Part shown: positions 1 to 13,300 of the stretch, in pieces
Position numbering within the stretch: position 1 is the first letter of the stretch
How the letters are laid out: each line of letters starts with the position of its first letter
Source: Chrysomallon squamiferum
Lineage: Eukaryota; Animalia; Mollusca
NCBI GenBank assembly: GCA_012295275.1
Contig: CM022668.1
Location: 1,240,001 to 1,304,000 of the forward strand
Direction of reading: 5' to 3'
DNA length: 64,000 bases
Made by a program: the position numbers and the translations under genes
Notes under the pieces: model-generated
Seen by the model: only the letters and a program-made list of their open reading frames with translations
Told to the model about the DNA's origin: nothing
Database searches by the model: none

Positions 1-172
1 TTATGTCTTTGTTTGTAGCAGATCTTGGTACTCCAAGAAGATCATAATAATCCTCATCAGCAACACACAAATGTATCAACAACAGTAAGATCAAAAACTG
101 ATGTCTGTCAAAATGGATACAAGTGCAAGTGGAAAATATCTGAATATACACATGTAGTGAAAAATACTTCAT
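1..172 (-). CDS. DNAJC10: First coding exon (partial, runs off window) of a signal-peptide + J-domain protein, most like DNAJC10/ERdj5
   Basis: Reads MKYFSLHVYIQIFSTCTCIHFDRHQFLILLLLIHLCVADEDYYDLLGVPRSATNKDI. A hydrophobic stretch is followed by the J-domain helix-I motif DYYxLLGV. ATG at 172-170 follows an in-frame TAG at 193-191; acceptor tttatttttag at 231-230. J-domain call is firm; paralogue is less certain (DNAJB9/B11/C16 possible). Confidence 0.75.
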   Translation of the reverse strand, partial: MKYFSLHVYIQIFSTCTCIHFDRHQFLILLLLIHLCVADEDYYDLLGVPRSATNKDI

Positions 173-1537
173 ACTGCAGCACGTGTCTTCCTAGATAGGA
201 TGTCCTATTTAACCAGGTTTGAATTTAATCTAAAAATAAATGAAACAAAATTTTACTATAGTCACTGAATATTTATTTTTGTATTTAAATATATATTATT
301 TGTTCACTATCTTTCATCTATATCAATTTTTTTCTAGCTGGCAGAGTTTTTATATTCTTTTAAATAGTACATGCAATTGAATTATGCAGATTTCACTTCC
401 ACAGAAAATAAAGTTCTATTAAAACAGTATTTTGTAGCTTTAATATATTCATTTAATTAGTCATCAAAATTTTGTTACAGCCATCATAAATGTGAAAATA
501 ATCACGTTCCACAGAGAAACCATCATTTAATATATATGCATTAATATATAATAACTGTCAGATATAAATGTGTAATTATTAAATGAAAACCACTAATATG
601 TGATATGCTCAAAATTCTTTTGCTTTTTTAAATGAATTATGACTTTCATGAATATCCATTTGTTTTATCATATTAATACAAACGTGCATCTCTTATTACA
701 TTATGGCCCAATCCTGCATGATATTCCTCTATCTTCCTTTTCATGAAAATGTAGCCCATATCTTTTTGTTTTCCTTTTTCAAATATATTTCTGCAGTTAT
801 ATTCATTTTTTTTGTTCCTTCTGTCATTCATAAATAATTCTTGGATGCCTTTAATGAGCAACATTGGTTATTTAAAGAATTATTGTTAATTTTGGCTAAC
901 ATCTTCCAATAATTTTGAGCATGTTATTTATATTTAACCTGAAATAAATTCCACTTGCAAGCAATTCTTCTGAAAATTTTATATCTGTATGTTCAAAAAG
1001 GTGTTAGGAGTATTTTCTTACCAATCCGAAGCAAAAAAATAAAACAGACACAATACACTGGTCTAAATGGCTATTCAGTGTCTACTGAAGAAGGTAACAA
1101 AATCAAAATATGAAAAGACAAATTCTGAACTGATCTTAGTTACAGATAAACTAGATATTGTCAATTGAATTATATTTTCAGTGTTACATTCTAGAAGATA
1201 ATATCCCCGTCTAAACATTTTCAATGGAAACTTGTTATTTATATTTGTATGTTCAACATTCACATTACATTGGTAATACCATTGAGGATTATTTATCTAA
1301 ACTGACAAAAAGGGCTATATGACATCTATATGACATCTCAGAAATAAACAGTTTGAATTGACTTGTTTGACATCATTCTGATTTCTGTTTTCTTTATCAT
1401 TATCTTGAAGAAAAAATCTTTTCTTCAAAAAAATCATTAAAAAAAAAGACACAAAAAAAACTGTAAAGTTTTAAATCATGCAAAAATAAAACAAACGCTT
1501 CAATGTTAAAATTTTATAAAAGTATACTGGAGCTTTT

Positions 1538-1990
1538 TGACGTCACTTCATCCTAGTTTCTTATACAACCCATGTCTGATTGTTGCTCTAAAATTACATC
1601 ATTTGTTTGCATACACTTGTAAATAAATAAATTAAAAAACAAAACAAAAAAACACATAAAAATGATGCAACAGAACAAAAAAAGATAAATGTGGTTTTAA
1701 TTACATCCACGAAACACTGAGTCGAGCGTCACTGGTTAGTCGCTGTTGATGTTACCGTTTAGAATTATCGATGCCCCAGACTAAGTATAATTATATTTTT
1801 GCTCGAACCAAAATCTAACCCCAGATATTTGAATAACTATATATAAAAATTAAACATAATATTGCAAAGAGAAGTCATGCCAGTAAAATAACCTAAACAA
1901 TAAAATCTTTAAGTTTAAAAAATCACCCCTGAATGAAAACAAAAAGCAGTCGACATATTCACTCCGGAAGTATAAGTACACGTGTCCTAC
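1538..1990 (-). promoter_or_regulatory. Candidate promoter / non-coding first exon of the DnaJ gene
   Basis: CpG-containing patch; minus-strand donor GTAATT at 1704-1699; TGACGTCA 1538-1545, ETS-type CCGGAAGT 1964-1971, CACGTG 1979-1984. Confidence 0.4.
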
Positions 1991-3238
1991 GCATGCCAAC
2001 TTCGTTAACTGTGTAAAAATATGAATTTATTTTAACTGAAATGAGGAAGAATTGTAAACGGCGTTTTGTTTTCTGTTTTTATTTGTTTTTCTTTTTTCTT
2101 TCTTTCTTTCTTATTTATTCATTTATTCATTCATTATTACTGTTATTAACTAAAGCTTATATTCATTAAGAGTGAAATTTTAAAAACTGAATATAAATTC
2201 TGATTCAAAATGAATAGCTGTTTAAACATTCTTTCCCAAACATAGATTTGTGAAATTCTATGTAAATTTAATTTACACTTGATTATGAACCATTACTTAC
2301 GAATTATACGTTCAAGATTTCTTTAATTCCTTCTTTTTTTACCGATATTTGTTAATTATGTTAGTTAAAAAACAAATCGACAAAAAAAAACACAAAAAAA
2401 CACAACAAAAACAAACAAACAAACAAACAAACCATAAAAAAAAAAAAAAAACATAAAAAAAAAAGCAAACAAACCAACAACAACAACTTTGGGTTAACGC
2501 AAGGGAAATAATGTTACATAACATGAACAAAAAAGGTGAGAAAAAATACCCTAAGGCATGGACTTCATATTATCGTAGTTACGTTGCTAAATTCCTTTCT
2601 CAAATTATTCATAAAGTAATGCAAATATATACTAATGGACCGGAAAATATGACAAACAAATTAGCACTATATTCAAAAATAAGTGAAGTAAAAACTACGA
2701 TATATAATAATAATAATGATAATATTTATATATACTCACCAACGTAGTAATGCTATTTTGATTCTTGATTTTTTGTTTCAGTTTATATACGTGTAAATAA
2801 ATGATTTAAATGGCTGAGTTTTATTTCACAGAAACTGAAGTTAAGTTCATCGATCCGGCAACAGCTGATCGAGGTAACCAACCGTGATTCATTTAACTTC
2901 TGGCTGTTTTATTTATATCTAGCAATATAAAATATTCTTACGTGTACATATATAATGGGTTGCTTGGTGCAATATTTATTTATTTATTTATTTATTTAAT
3001 AATATGTCGTTTCTGTTCATAATTACTACCACAAAAGTGTATTTCCGCTGTGAATGAATAAATCACATTACCCATCTTGAAACTAAAACAGTAGAATGTA
3101 GTTTTCTTTTTAGAAGACCCGTTTTAGTTATTACTTGTATGTAAACTAAAAAAAAAAAAAAAAAAAATTAAATAAATAAATAAAATAAAAGGTAAAATAA
3201 ATAAATAAATAAATAAATAAAATAAAAGGTAAAATAAG

Positions 3239-3270
<32 letters not shown>

Positions 3271-3288
3271 AATAACAATAATAATAAC

Positions 3289-3327
<39 letters not shown>

Positions 3328-3843
3328 CACAGTTTCAAATTAAAAAATATATTAGTCCGGTGACGGTAAAGTTATGCTGCAAATTATATTACTATAGAAA
3401 ATGAATAAAGTACAAAATCAAATAAGAATTTGATAGAAGTTTGACGTTTAGATCCAGTAACTGATAGTTAATACTGTAGTCTTAATGTTTTGTGCCCCAG
3501 GCAAACCACTTATTAAGCACCTTCAAGGGAAATATTAAAAATCAAAAATAAATAATGAAAATAAATATTCTCGCGTGCACGAACCTGTATTACATTTCTG
3601 TAATATTTAAAAAAAAAGAGGGTAAATTATTATAATTATTTATTATATATATATATATATTTAAAGAGTTTTCAATATGCTTTTCTGACTTATATTTGTT
3701 TCATTTCTGTGGTATGTAGCAGTACAGATAAATCTTTTAAAAGCGTTTTGATAAGCTTCTTTTTAATATGTTTTCTTTGATTTGATTCAGATAATTTATT
3801 ATCTTTTCTGAATCGTTTGATTCAGCACAGTCAGCAGCCTTTT

Positions 3844-3968
<125 letters not shown>

Positions 3969-4192
3969 CACAGACATACAGAAACACACACATGTTTGTT
4001 AATTTTTATCTGGTTCCGTTTATCTGTGTTTGCATTCACCAAATCATGAGAATGGTTATGTTTAAAGTGCACCTTTGGTGAAACAAATAAACAATAAAAA
4101 TAAAAATTTATATTCTGCACGTTATTTATTTATCCATCTTATTTTAATAAATTTAATAACAAAGTAAATTCAGATAGTAATAACATAAAAAC

Positions 4193-4234
<42 letters not shown>

Positions 4235-4353
4235 AATCTTGCAAGAAGGATTCAGAGTTGAGGGAGGGTATGTGTTTTTAAAAAAAAAATTATGTATTAA
4301 TATGTTACATCGTTCAGTCGACGTTTAATAAAACAACGTTAAAAACAAATTAT

Positions 4354-4356
<3 letters not shown>

Positions 4357-4444
<88 letters not shown>
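4357..4444. repeat. (CT)n microsatellite
   Basis: Directly visible. Confidence 0.95.
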
Positions 4445-4446
<2 letters not shown>

Positions 4447-5292
4447 AAAACATACCATACACATTTACATACATCAATGTACAGAAAAGTTAACATTTGA
4501 AATGTAATAATTTACCGGTTACATATATATTTTTACTCGCTGAGTTAATTATTTACGTTTACATGTACGATGCGATTTATTTGTTTGTAACACGAACACT
4601 AGCTTTATTCTAAATTTGTCATTTGGATTAGGTTAAGGAAATATGTAATTCGTTTAAATATACGAAATATACGACGTTAGTTTCAATCTGACGGACATAC
4701 TTATTTTTCTATAATTATGTTCAAAGGATACTTCAGTTTGAGATGGAATTAATACAGAGTCGATTTTCAGATCCCAGTGACTGTTAATGATACGTGAAGA
4801 TATGAACAAATACCGAGATTATGAAATGCAAACACAAAATCTGTTATAGACGGCAGGCAAATTCTAAACAGTTCTTTGTGATAGTAGATACTGTTAAGTA
4901 ATTAATTATTTTTTAATTGAAACATTTTCAACGGTAACCTCATAATTAATGATTACATTTATACACTAGCTTCTTCTATCGCCAGTAAAACTTCATGAAC
5001 CAGGTGGTAATTACTTTATCAGCGACGACGAACAAGGTGACTGTTTAGGAAATGTATATAATTTTTATTTATTGACAAAGTCTTAATTGCTTCCACAGTC
5101 GCTAGTTACTGCTGTCTTTTGTAATTTAATGATGTAGTCGACCACCTTAAGTGCCCATTGCATATATGTTTAGGTGTTTATCATTTTTGCATACTTAAAA
5201 CAAAAACTGGTGGGAAACATAAATCAGTTACTCTTCGGATACCAGTGATACCGCTCTTTTTGACCACGGCTTAGCGTTGCATTGAACTTGTG

Positions 5293-5360
5293 TGACGTCA
5301 CGTTTTGTTACGTAACATTTTGATACCTCATGATGATTTTTCAAAGCAGGGTAACACGTG
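5293..5360. promoter_or_regulatory. Cluster of palindromic bZIP/bHLH motifs upstream of the putative SLC4 start
   Basis: TGACGTCA 5293-5300, TGTTACGTAACA 5306-5317 and CACGTG 5355-5360 within 70 bp. Confidence 0.35.
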
Positions 5361-5471
5361 CCATTGATTATTGCTAATTTAATTAAACCCATCCATCATA
5401 TTAACACAATACTTCATATACATTATAAATGTAGGTACCAAATCAAAAATATTTGTTCATGAAAAAAATGC

Positions 5472-5529
<58 letters not shown>

Positions 5530-5989
5530 TACACTAGTCATTTTTTTAAGCAGAACAAATTAGTAAATGAATTCAAAATTATAAAAGACTCTTTAATTTT
5601 AATTATTGCTAAATAAAATGAATTCATATTTTAAAAGTTTTACAAGAGTGATATCCTGTGGTATTCGTTCTTTTATAAGTGTTCACGATTCTTGTTTTTA
5701 ACTGTGATTGTTGCTCTTAAAAAATAATTTTAAAAAAGTAGAAGAAGATAATAACAATAAGAATAATTTTAATGATATTCATTTGAACATTATTTATTTA
5801 TCAGTTTAGATTAATAATTATGTATGTCATGCAGTCTTATAATTATTTCTGTTCTGCTTTACTTATTTCTTTGTTTAATAACAATTTCCAAAAATTAAAT
5901 TGTGATCTGTTGCGTGTTTAAACGCAATATTAAGAGAAATTACCTGGGTCACCATTCAATAAAAAAAGCAAGTTATAATCTAACAGTAT

Positions 5990-6163
5990 TACGACAAGAG
6001 AACGATTGACTGTCGATGTTTAACGTGTAATAATTCCGCATCAAAAAGAAGAAAGATTTTTAGTATTAACCAAAAAGCAAGAGAAGCAACTCTTGTTGAT
6101 TTACACAGAAAACCGCCTGCTTGGTTTTGTATAGGTACATCTTTACAATGAAACACGCTGAAG
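5990..6163 (+). other. Candidate non-coding first exon of the SLC4 gene (start approximate)
   Basis: Strong donor AAG|gtacgt at 6164, near the end of the CpG-containing zone and just before the CpG-depleted gene body. Confidence 0.35.
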
Positions 6164-7285
6164 GTACGTTGTTTTAAACTGACTGTTGTATTAAAAAGCA
6201 TGAATATAATGTTATGCTATAAAACGATACGTATGTGCGTTAAGCAGTCATCCATCTTTTGTTAACTTACAAGTTACTATAATGTATCATGTATAATATG
6301 ACTTCTGCTACACCCAATTATAATAATAATGATCCTCGTTTCGTACCGAGAGCGATTCAGATTTGGCACGAAAAATATTACATGTCAGTCGTTATCTTTA
6401 AGGTAAATCCATGGAATAAAATTGAAGAAATTTACTGTTCCTTGCTCCCCTCTGTTGAATAAAATACACGTCTGTCAAAACGGAAATAGTTTGCCTCTAT
6501 CATTCTATGTCGTTCGTAAACAACGGCAACATAAATGGGGCCCTCGTTGGTTTTATTTTGACATAAACTGAAACATTTAGTTAATTTTATTTTGTATCGT
6601 TAAACACGTAAAAAGAAAGAAAAGCTAAAACTAGTCATTATTATAAACATAACAAATTAATAAATAAAGTATATAATTATAGAAAACTCTTTAATATTAA
6701 TTATTACTAAATAAAATATAATTTAAAGATCTTTAGGTTTAACATGAATGATATGCAGTGGTATAAATTCTTTTTCATGTATTCAAGTGTCTTTTATGTG
6801 GGTGTTGTTTGTTCATTTTCTTCATAATAAAACAGTTCTGACTTTGACTTGTTTTAGTTTATTAATAATGTCTATAAAATTTGTTTTAAAAATAATTTAT
6901 TTTCATTATAAATATAATACACTAAGTTGACATAATAATGCATTTTGTATAATATCAGTAAAATACATCGGCCTAACAAGTATTTTTGGCAAGGCTTCAC
7001 AGGAGATAATTGCTGTTGTACAAATTCTACAAATAATAGCTACATTGGTATGACCAGTGTTTGTTGCACTCTACAGATACTTGTGTAATGATTAATAGGT
7101 TAGATAACAATAATGTTGATTAATTTTATTTTGAAATATAATAAATTAGGTACTTATTTAACCAAGATCTAAAAGCTAATTCAGCAAAGATGTATATTAT
7201 CATTACACAAGATGGCCATTTTTACATTATATGTATGTTATGTGCACTGCATGATAAATATTATTCCAGATATTTTTGTTTTTAG

Positions 7286-7348
7286 ATATTGCAGGAATTT
7301 AAAGACTGTTTTTGGATTTATTTGATTCAGTCGCATGATGGGTTAACA
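7286..7348 (+). other. Candidate 5'UTR exon of the SLC4 gene
   Basis: tttttgtttttag acceptor and ACA|gtgagt donor; contains a tiny uORF ATG ATG GGT TAA. Confidence 0.3.
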
Positions 7349-10300
7349 GTGAGTATATACAAGAACATACATATTATACATAGTAAACATAATACATATA
7401 TTGATATAATAAGTATATATTTTTCCCTTGAATATTCACAATTGATATAAAAGATATATTTTAGTCCTTTTTTTTTTTGGTTTCTTTTATCAAAGGTGTG
7501 TTTAATTGAAAGACTGAATAATGCTAAACATTTTTGTGACTCTTTTGCACCAACTATTATTTTTTTTTTTTTTGACTAATAATATGTAAGCTGTAATGCA
7601 TTAATGGTGTTATGGTGTTTTTAACTGTTATGTTTCAAATTTAGTTATCATATTTCACTTACTGCTACTTTATTTAGCTTAATGTACATTGCATATTGTA
7701 AACATGAGATAAAACTGTAAGAGATTACCAGAGCCGGATTTATTTTTTTATAAAAATACTATTTAAATTTTCATCAGAACCGAGCAAACAAAATCTGTTC
7801 ATGTATGTCTAAATAAATTAAAGCTAGACATACTGACCACAAAATGATAATATATGATATTTATTATTATGTTGTCTGTAAAGCTGTGACTTTTAGAGTG
7901 ACATCTGATTATCAAAGACCCATATATTTATGCAATTTACACTTTTTATATAATTTTTTTAAAAATATAATGAATGTAAACTGCTTACAAATTCTGTTAA
8001 ATGTAGTTTAACTTTTTTTTCAATATGATATGAATTAATGTAATAAATCTTTTAGATCACACTTACATATATAATTGAAAAAACAGAGTTGTGATAAAAG
8101 GTGAACAGAGTTGACTGAAATAGCAACAGTTACTTGTTGACTGAACAACCCATGAAAAAATGTTAAAATAACATTTAGTTTTATTGGAGTTGAAATTGTT
8201 AAGCTGGATTAGTTGAGTTTTTATACAATAGCATGAGTCATTTGGTGTAAAAGAGCAAAGTTTATTTAAATCTGTTATGTATTTTGTAGCTGGATGTCAA
8301 TCTAAAAATAAATACAAAGATATATATATATATATATATATATCCCCTGATGTATAAATACTGCATTTACACAAATCCACATGCATGCAAACATAAGGGT
8401 GCACATCTGTATGGTAACTTTATTGATTATATAAACACCAAAAAGAAATAAAAGCTATAAGTTTGTGTTAACTTCACACATACTAATTAATTAATCTGCT
8501 ACAGACATTTTCCTCTGAATAAAATACAGATTACAAAAGGTAAGATGTAAAACTTTCATTGAATGTACTTGCACATAATTTATTGTTATTTGTTAATTAA
8601 TCAGTATACTTGTCAATGTATCAAGTTACAGTGTTCACTTGAACATAAATTTTATTGTTAGAAAAAGGAAGAAGAAATATCTGAATCATTAATTTTATTT
8701 TATTTTCAAATATTATAACATGGCAAAACAAAAACTGAACCATGTTAGAGATATTTTATTAAAACACTGTAGGAAATACAGTTTTACTTAATTTTACAAC
8801 AAATGTTGTGTTTTTTAGAGTGTAATGGCATGTATATTGCAGGGTGGATAGATATATTGAACATAATGTAATATTATTAGACAAGGTAAAACAGATGTAG
8901 ACAAAAATAAATTCTGCCTTAACATCAAAAATTTCATCTGGCATTTCCAAGGCATTTTGCCAGTCTGATCATGTGCATCTGTTTTGTAGGTGTGTATTTC
9001 AGTGTGCAAAAATATAGTTTTGTCTTATGGTAAACACCCTTCCAGCAAGTTAGTACTTTCAGAAAGAAGTTACAGTGAATCTATTTAATAGCTAATTAAA
9101 TCACCTAATTCAATACTGAAACAATGTTTTGTGTTTATTTAAATATATAAATTTTATTTTCAAAACTAGTTATAAGTAGAGAATTGTATCTGAAGTTGAT
9201 TTGTTGAAAAATAATTCATGGGCACTGTTTTATCATTTTGATTACATTTAACAAATTTCTCTTTTGAATGAATTTTCCTATTTAATCCAATCCATAGTTT
9301 CAGGTTTCTTAACAGTATGAATTTAGAAAAGTGAATAAGTCAATTCTAAATTACTGAGGTGAATTCTGTTTCACATGTTGTAAACAGTTGAAAAAAATAA
9401 CCAACATTTTGGCATTATTGCATTGGATTAAAGCTTAATAATATTATTTAAATCGTATCTAGAATTGTAACTGCCTGTAATATTTGTGTGTGTGTGTGTG
9501 TGTGCGTGCGTGTGCGTGTGTGTGTGTGTTTTGGGGATATTAACTGAAGAAAATTATAAACACCTCCTGATAGACATAAAAAAAACTGAGTTTAAATACA
9601 CACTTTTTGTAAATTGTAAGATAGTTATAACCAGAATATCTGTTATTTATCCAGCATATCTCTGCATTATTAATTTTTAAGAACATTATCAGTGTTATTT
9701 TTTTTACTATTTTCAACACAAGGGAGAATTGACATTTCATGCATTTCAAATATACTGCTGTACAGATTGTGTTGGAAAAATGGACAATTATTTTGACCTC
9801 TGACATTGTCTTCTTGTGCCAACATGAATCCTATTTGTTTATTTTTGATTTTTCGTCTTTGAAAGGGTCACGTTTACCACATAACATACATAATGTTTGG
9901 AGATATTTCCCTATTTGAGAGAAAAATTTCACAATAGAAATAATACTTAGAACATATTGTCTGAAAACTGCACTGTCATTATTATTTATTATGAAAGAAA
10001 AAGAAATAACATATTTAAAGGGTGTCAATACCTCTGTCTAAATTTGAGGATACTCCGTGTAAGTAAAATGTAACTATATATTTGTTCTAGTTATATACTG
10101 AGACACTGACATTCCTAATATTATTTACATCAGTTTACTAATCATCATTAATTATCAGATTTATAATTCATATTTTTTTTTATTTTTATTTTTTTGTAAT
10201 ACTTAAAAAAAAAAACACACCCAAAAACAACCAAAAAACAACAACTCAAAAACCTATTTATTTATTTAAAAAAAGAAAAAAAGAAGCAAAATCATTTAAC

Positions 10301-13300
10301 TAACATTTTATTTGTTTAGCACTGAAAACATTTAATCTTTGTGAAAAGAATCTATCTAACATGTCTTGGTTACAGAGTGATACTGGTGTCTGATTTTATC
10401 ATTGTCAATAGTGTACATGTGTAGTAGTAAGTAGCAAATACCAGAAGATTAACCAGATAATTTAAAAGTTTCAAATATGCAGTTGTCTTTTAAAAACACT
10501 GATGACTTAATGGTGATAATATTTGTCAGTAATGTTGGAATGACTACATTAAGTTAGTAGTAATAACTGAGAAGCTGTTTCATACACATATTTAAAAATG
10601 TTATTTGATTTTCCAAAAGCAAATGTTTTAAGTCCTTCCATTGTTTCTTTAAACAAGTCTTTTATAATTTTTATCAAAAAGGTTTGGACTGTTGTATAGT
10701 TATTTCATGCAATTATTCAAACTGTAATTTATCTTGAGTTTGTAAAAAACTTTGATTTTGATTATGTAGATAGTCACTGTCAAAATATACTGGAATTAAT
10801 TAAACTTTAATGCCAAAGATCGTAAAAAAAAATATTATTTATTTATTTATAATTTTTTTTGTTTCTGGCTATGGTCACTATTAATTATTTATAAATTTAA
10901 TTAGTCATAATTTGTCTTTATAATCATATCATGAAAATTCAATAGGAATTACATTAGAAATAATTCTTACAGTGTTTCCACAATATCAGGGTGATTAAAT
11001 ATATTTATCAGAGCATAAAAACAATTAGCTAGAAGCAGTATTCAGTAAAAATAATCTCCTATTTCTTAAAGTGCAAATTCAGACTGAAATAATATGAGAA
11101 AAACTGTTGTTTAGAAGGTCAGTTTAAGAATCTGTCTGTTGTGTTTACTGTCTTGTACTAAATTAGATGTACACTTTTTACACTGACATGAGATGTATTC
11201 AAGGTCAGGTGAAATGTCAGTCTTGTATAATTTGTTTTTGATTTCTCTTTGTTGCAAACATTCTAAATTGCTTTGTAAAGAAAACCCTGACAGAGAGATA
11301 AATGGAATTAATGTTCGTGGTTGTTCAGTTTGCTGTTAACTACTATTTATATAATGTTCTCATGCTAAACAAAAAGCAGAGTAAATATTTTGAAATCTCT
11401 TATGCTATTTTTGTCCTCCTTAAATTGTTTTATAATTTTTAAGATATATTAATTTATAATTGAAAATAAAAAACTATACAGATAAATATAATATGGAGTT
11501 TCACTGCACCTTTGAACAATTTATATGAAAATATAGGCAATAAAATGGAATACTAATTCTGATTTATATTTCAAATTTAATGGATTAAATTCAATTATAA
11601 TGATAATCATTTTTTTTTTTTTTTTTTTTTTTTGTCTTTAATATGAATTGACTATTGTTATTTAAAATATTCATCACTTTTTATCACCAAATTCTTTTCA
11701 GTTATTTTAGTACATTTCTGACATAATCAAACAAATCACAAATGTTTGAATATGTAACATAAACAAACTGATGCTGTTTATCTTTGCTTTATTTGCTGTA
11801 GAATGTTACAGGCATTGTGGACATCACTTGAATTTTATCTCCTTGCAGATCTAATACTGTTACATGTACACATTGTATCTGTATTCACGAATGACAACTG
11901 TAAGGAAAGATAAATAAAAGATCAAGTATATTATAATTAATTGTAAGTATTATTTTGATATGACAGTTTTAACATTATTTGTAATTATGTGATTAATATG
12001 AAGAATCATCTTCAGATATTCTTGTTTTTATTCTGCTGGCTACAATACATCCATTCACCATGTTTTATGTACTAATAATCTTTGAAGTCTGTCCCTTGAT
12101 AATTCTGCCATTAATTGTTTTGCTAAACTGTAATTTGGTAAAGTAATATTATAATTTTTATTATTTTCTTTTTTATTATTTTGATTGCTCCAGCATCCTG
12201 ATTTATACCTGCATTTTAATTGTTGTATTGGGAATTTGCTTATTGTAATAAGTTTATCATTTTATAAAGTAAACACTTGCTATGTTTGCATATAGAAACT
12301 GATTTTTATAATGTGAAGTATGTTTCTTAAATGTGTAAATAATCACTTCTGTGAGTACTTGAAAAACTCAAACATTTCCTAATATACAATTATAAATTCA
12401 AGTGTTATTAACCTTGAAAGATGCAAATATAAGTGTGTGTTTGTGTGTGTGTGTGTGTGTTTGTGTGTGTGTATTTGAGTTTGTGTTTGACTTTGTTTAT
12501 TTGTTTGACATTACTCATCTATATGAGAGTTAATTTTTATTATTTTTCTCCTGTCCTCCCAATCTGTTTTCAGAAATCTTGATCCGAGTTTCATTCATGT
12601 GTATGAGCTGAGTATGTATCATCTGTCAACACAGACAGTTTAGTTTTAAAGATTGTTATTAGTGTGTATTGGCATCTTGCTTCTGGCTTTCACAATTACA
12701 GTGATTGTGACTGACAATGCAGATATATGTAATCTCATTTAATCCATATTTTATTTAGTCATGTTTTTATTTTTATTTTTATCAGCAGAATTCAGCTGTT
12801 AGGGTCTTACTTTATCTGTCAGCAAATTTCTTATTTTTATATTTAATTTTATTTATTTATTTTATTTTATTTTTTAATATTTATGTATGAGATGGTATTT
12901 TCAATTTGAATTTGTTGTTGTTGTAGTCTAAGTACGTCAAAGAATTAATCTCTTTATTACATTATGGCCAAAGTTTAACATGATAAGAAAGTTCAAAGAG
13001 TGTGAATTGTTTGAATCATTAATTATACAAGATATTTTCACACCATCTGGCTTACTGATGATGGCATAGTACAAAGGAAAGCACACAAATATAAAAAAAA
13101 AAATGATGATGATGATAATATCTGAATGAAATCATTGTAGCTGTAAACAGTGGTACTTTCTAAAAGGATCAATTTATTGTCTGATAGTCATGACAGCTAA
13201 TATGGTATGAAATTATTTACATTTGACAAATTCTTAAAATGTGGAATAATAAAAAAGAAAAGAGAGAAGTTAAATTCATTGTTCAAATTGGGCAAATGTG

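Noticed and set aside
600-1400. Possible decayed LINE fragment or coding exon (ORFs 673..864 and 1075..1263)
   Set aside because: Only a vague resemblance to LINE C-terminal sequence; no diagnostic RT or endonuclease motif could be read.
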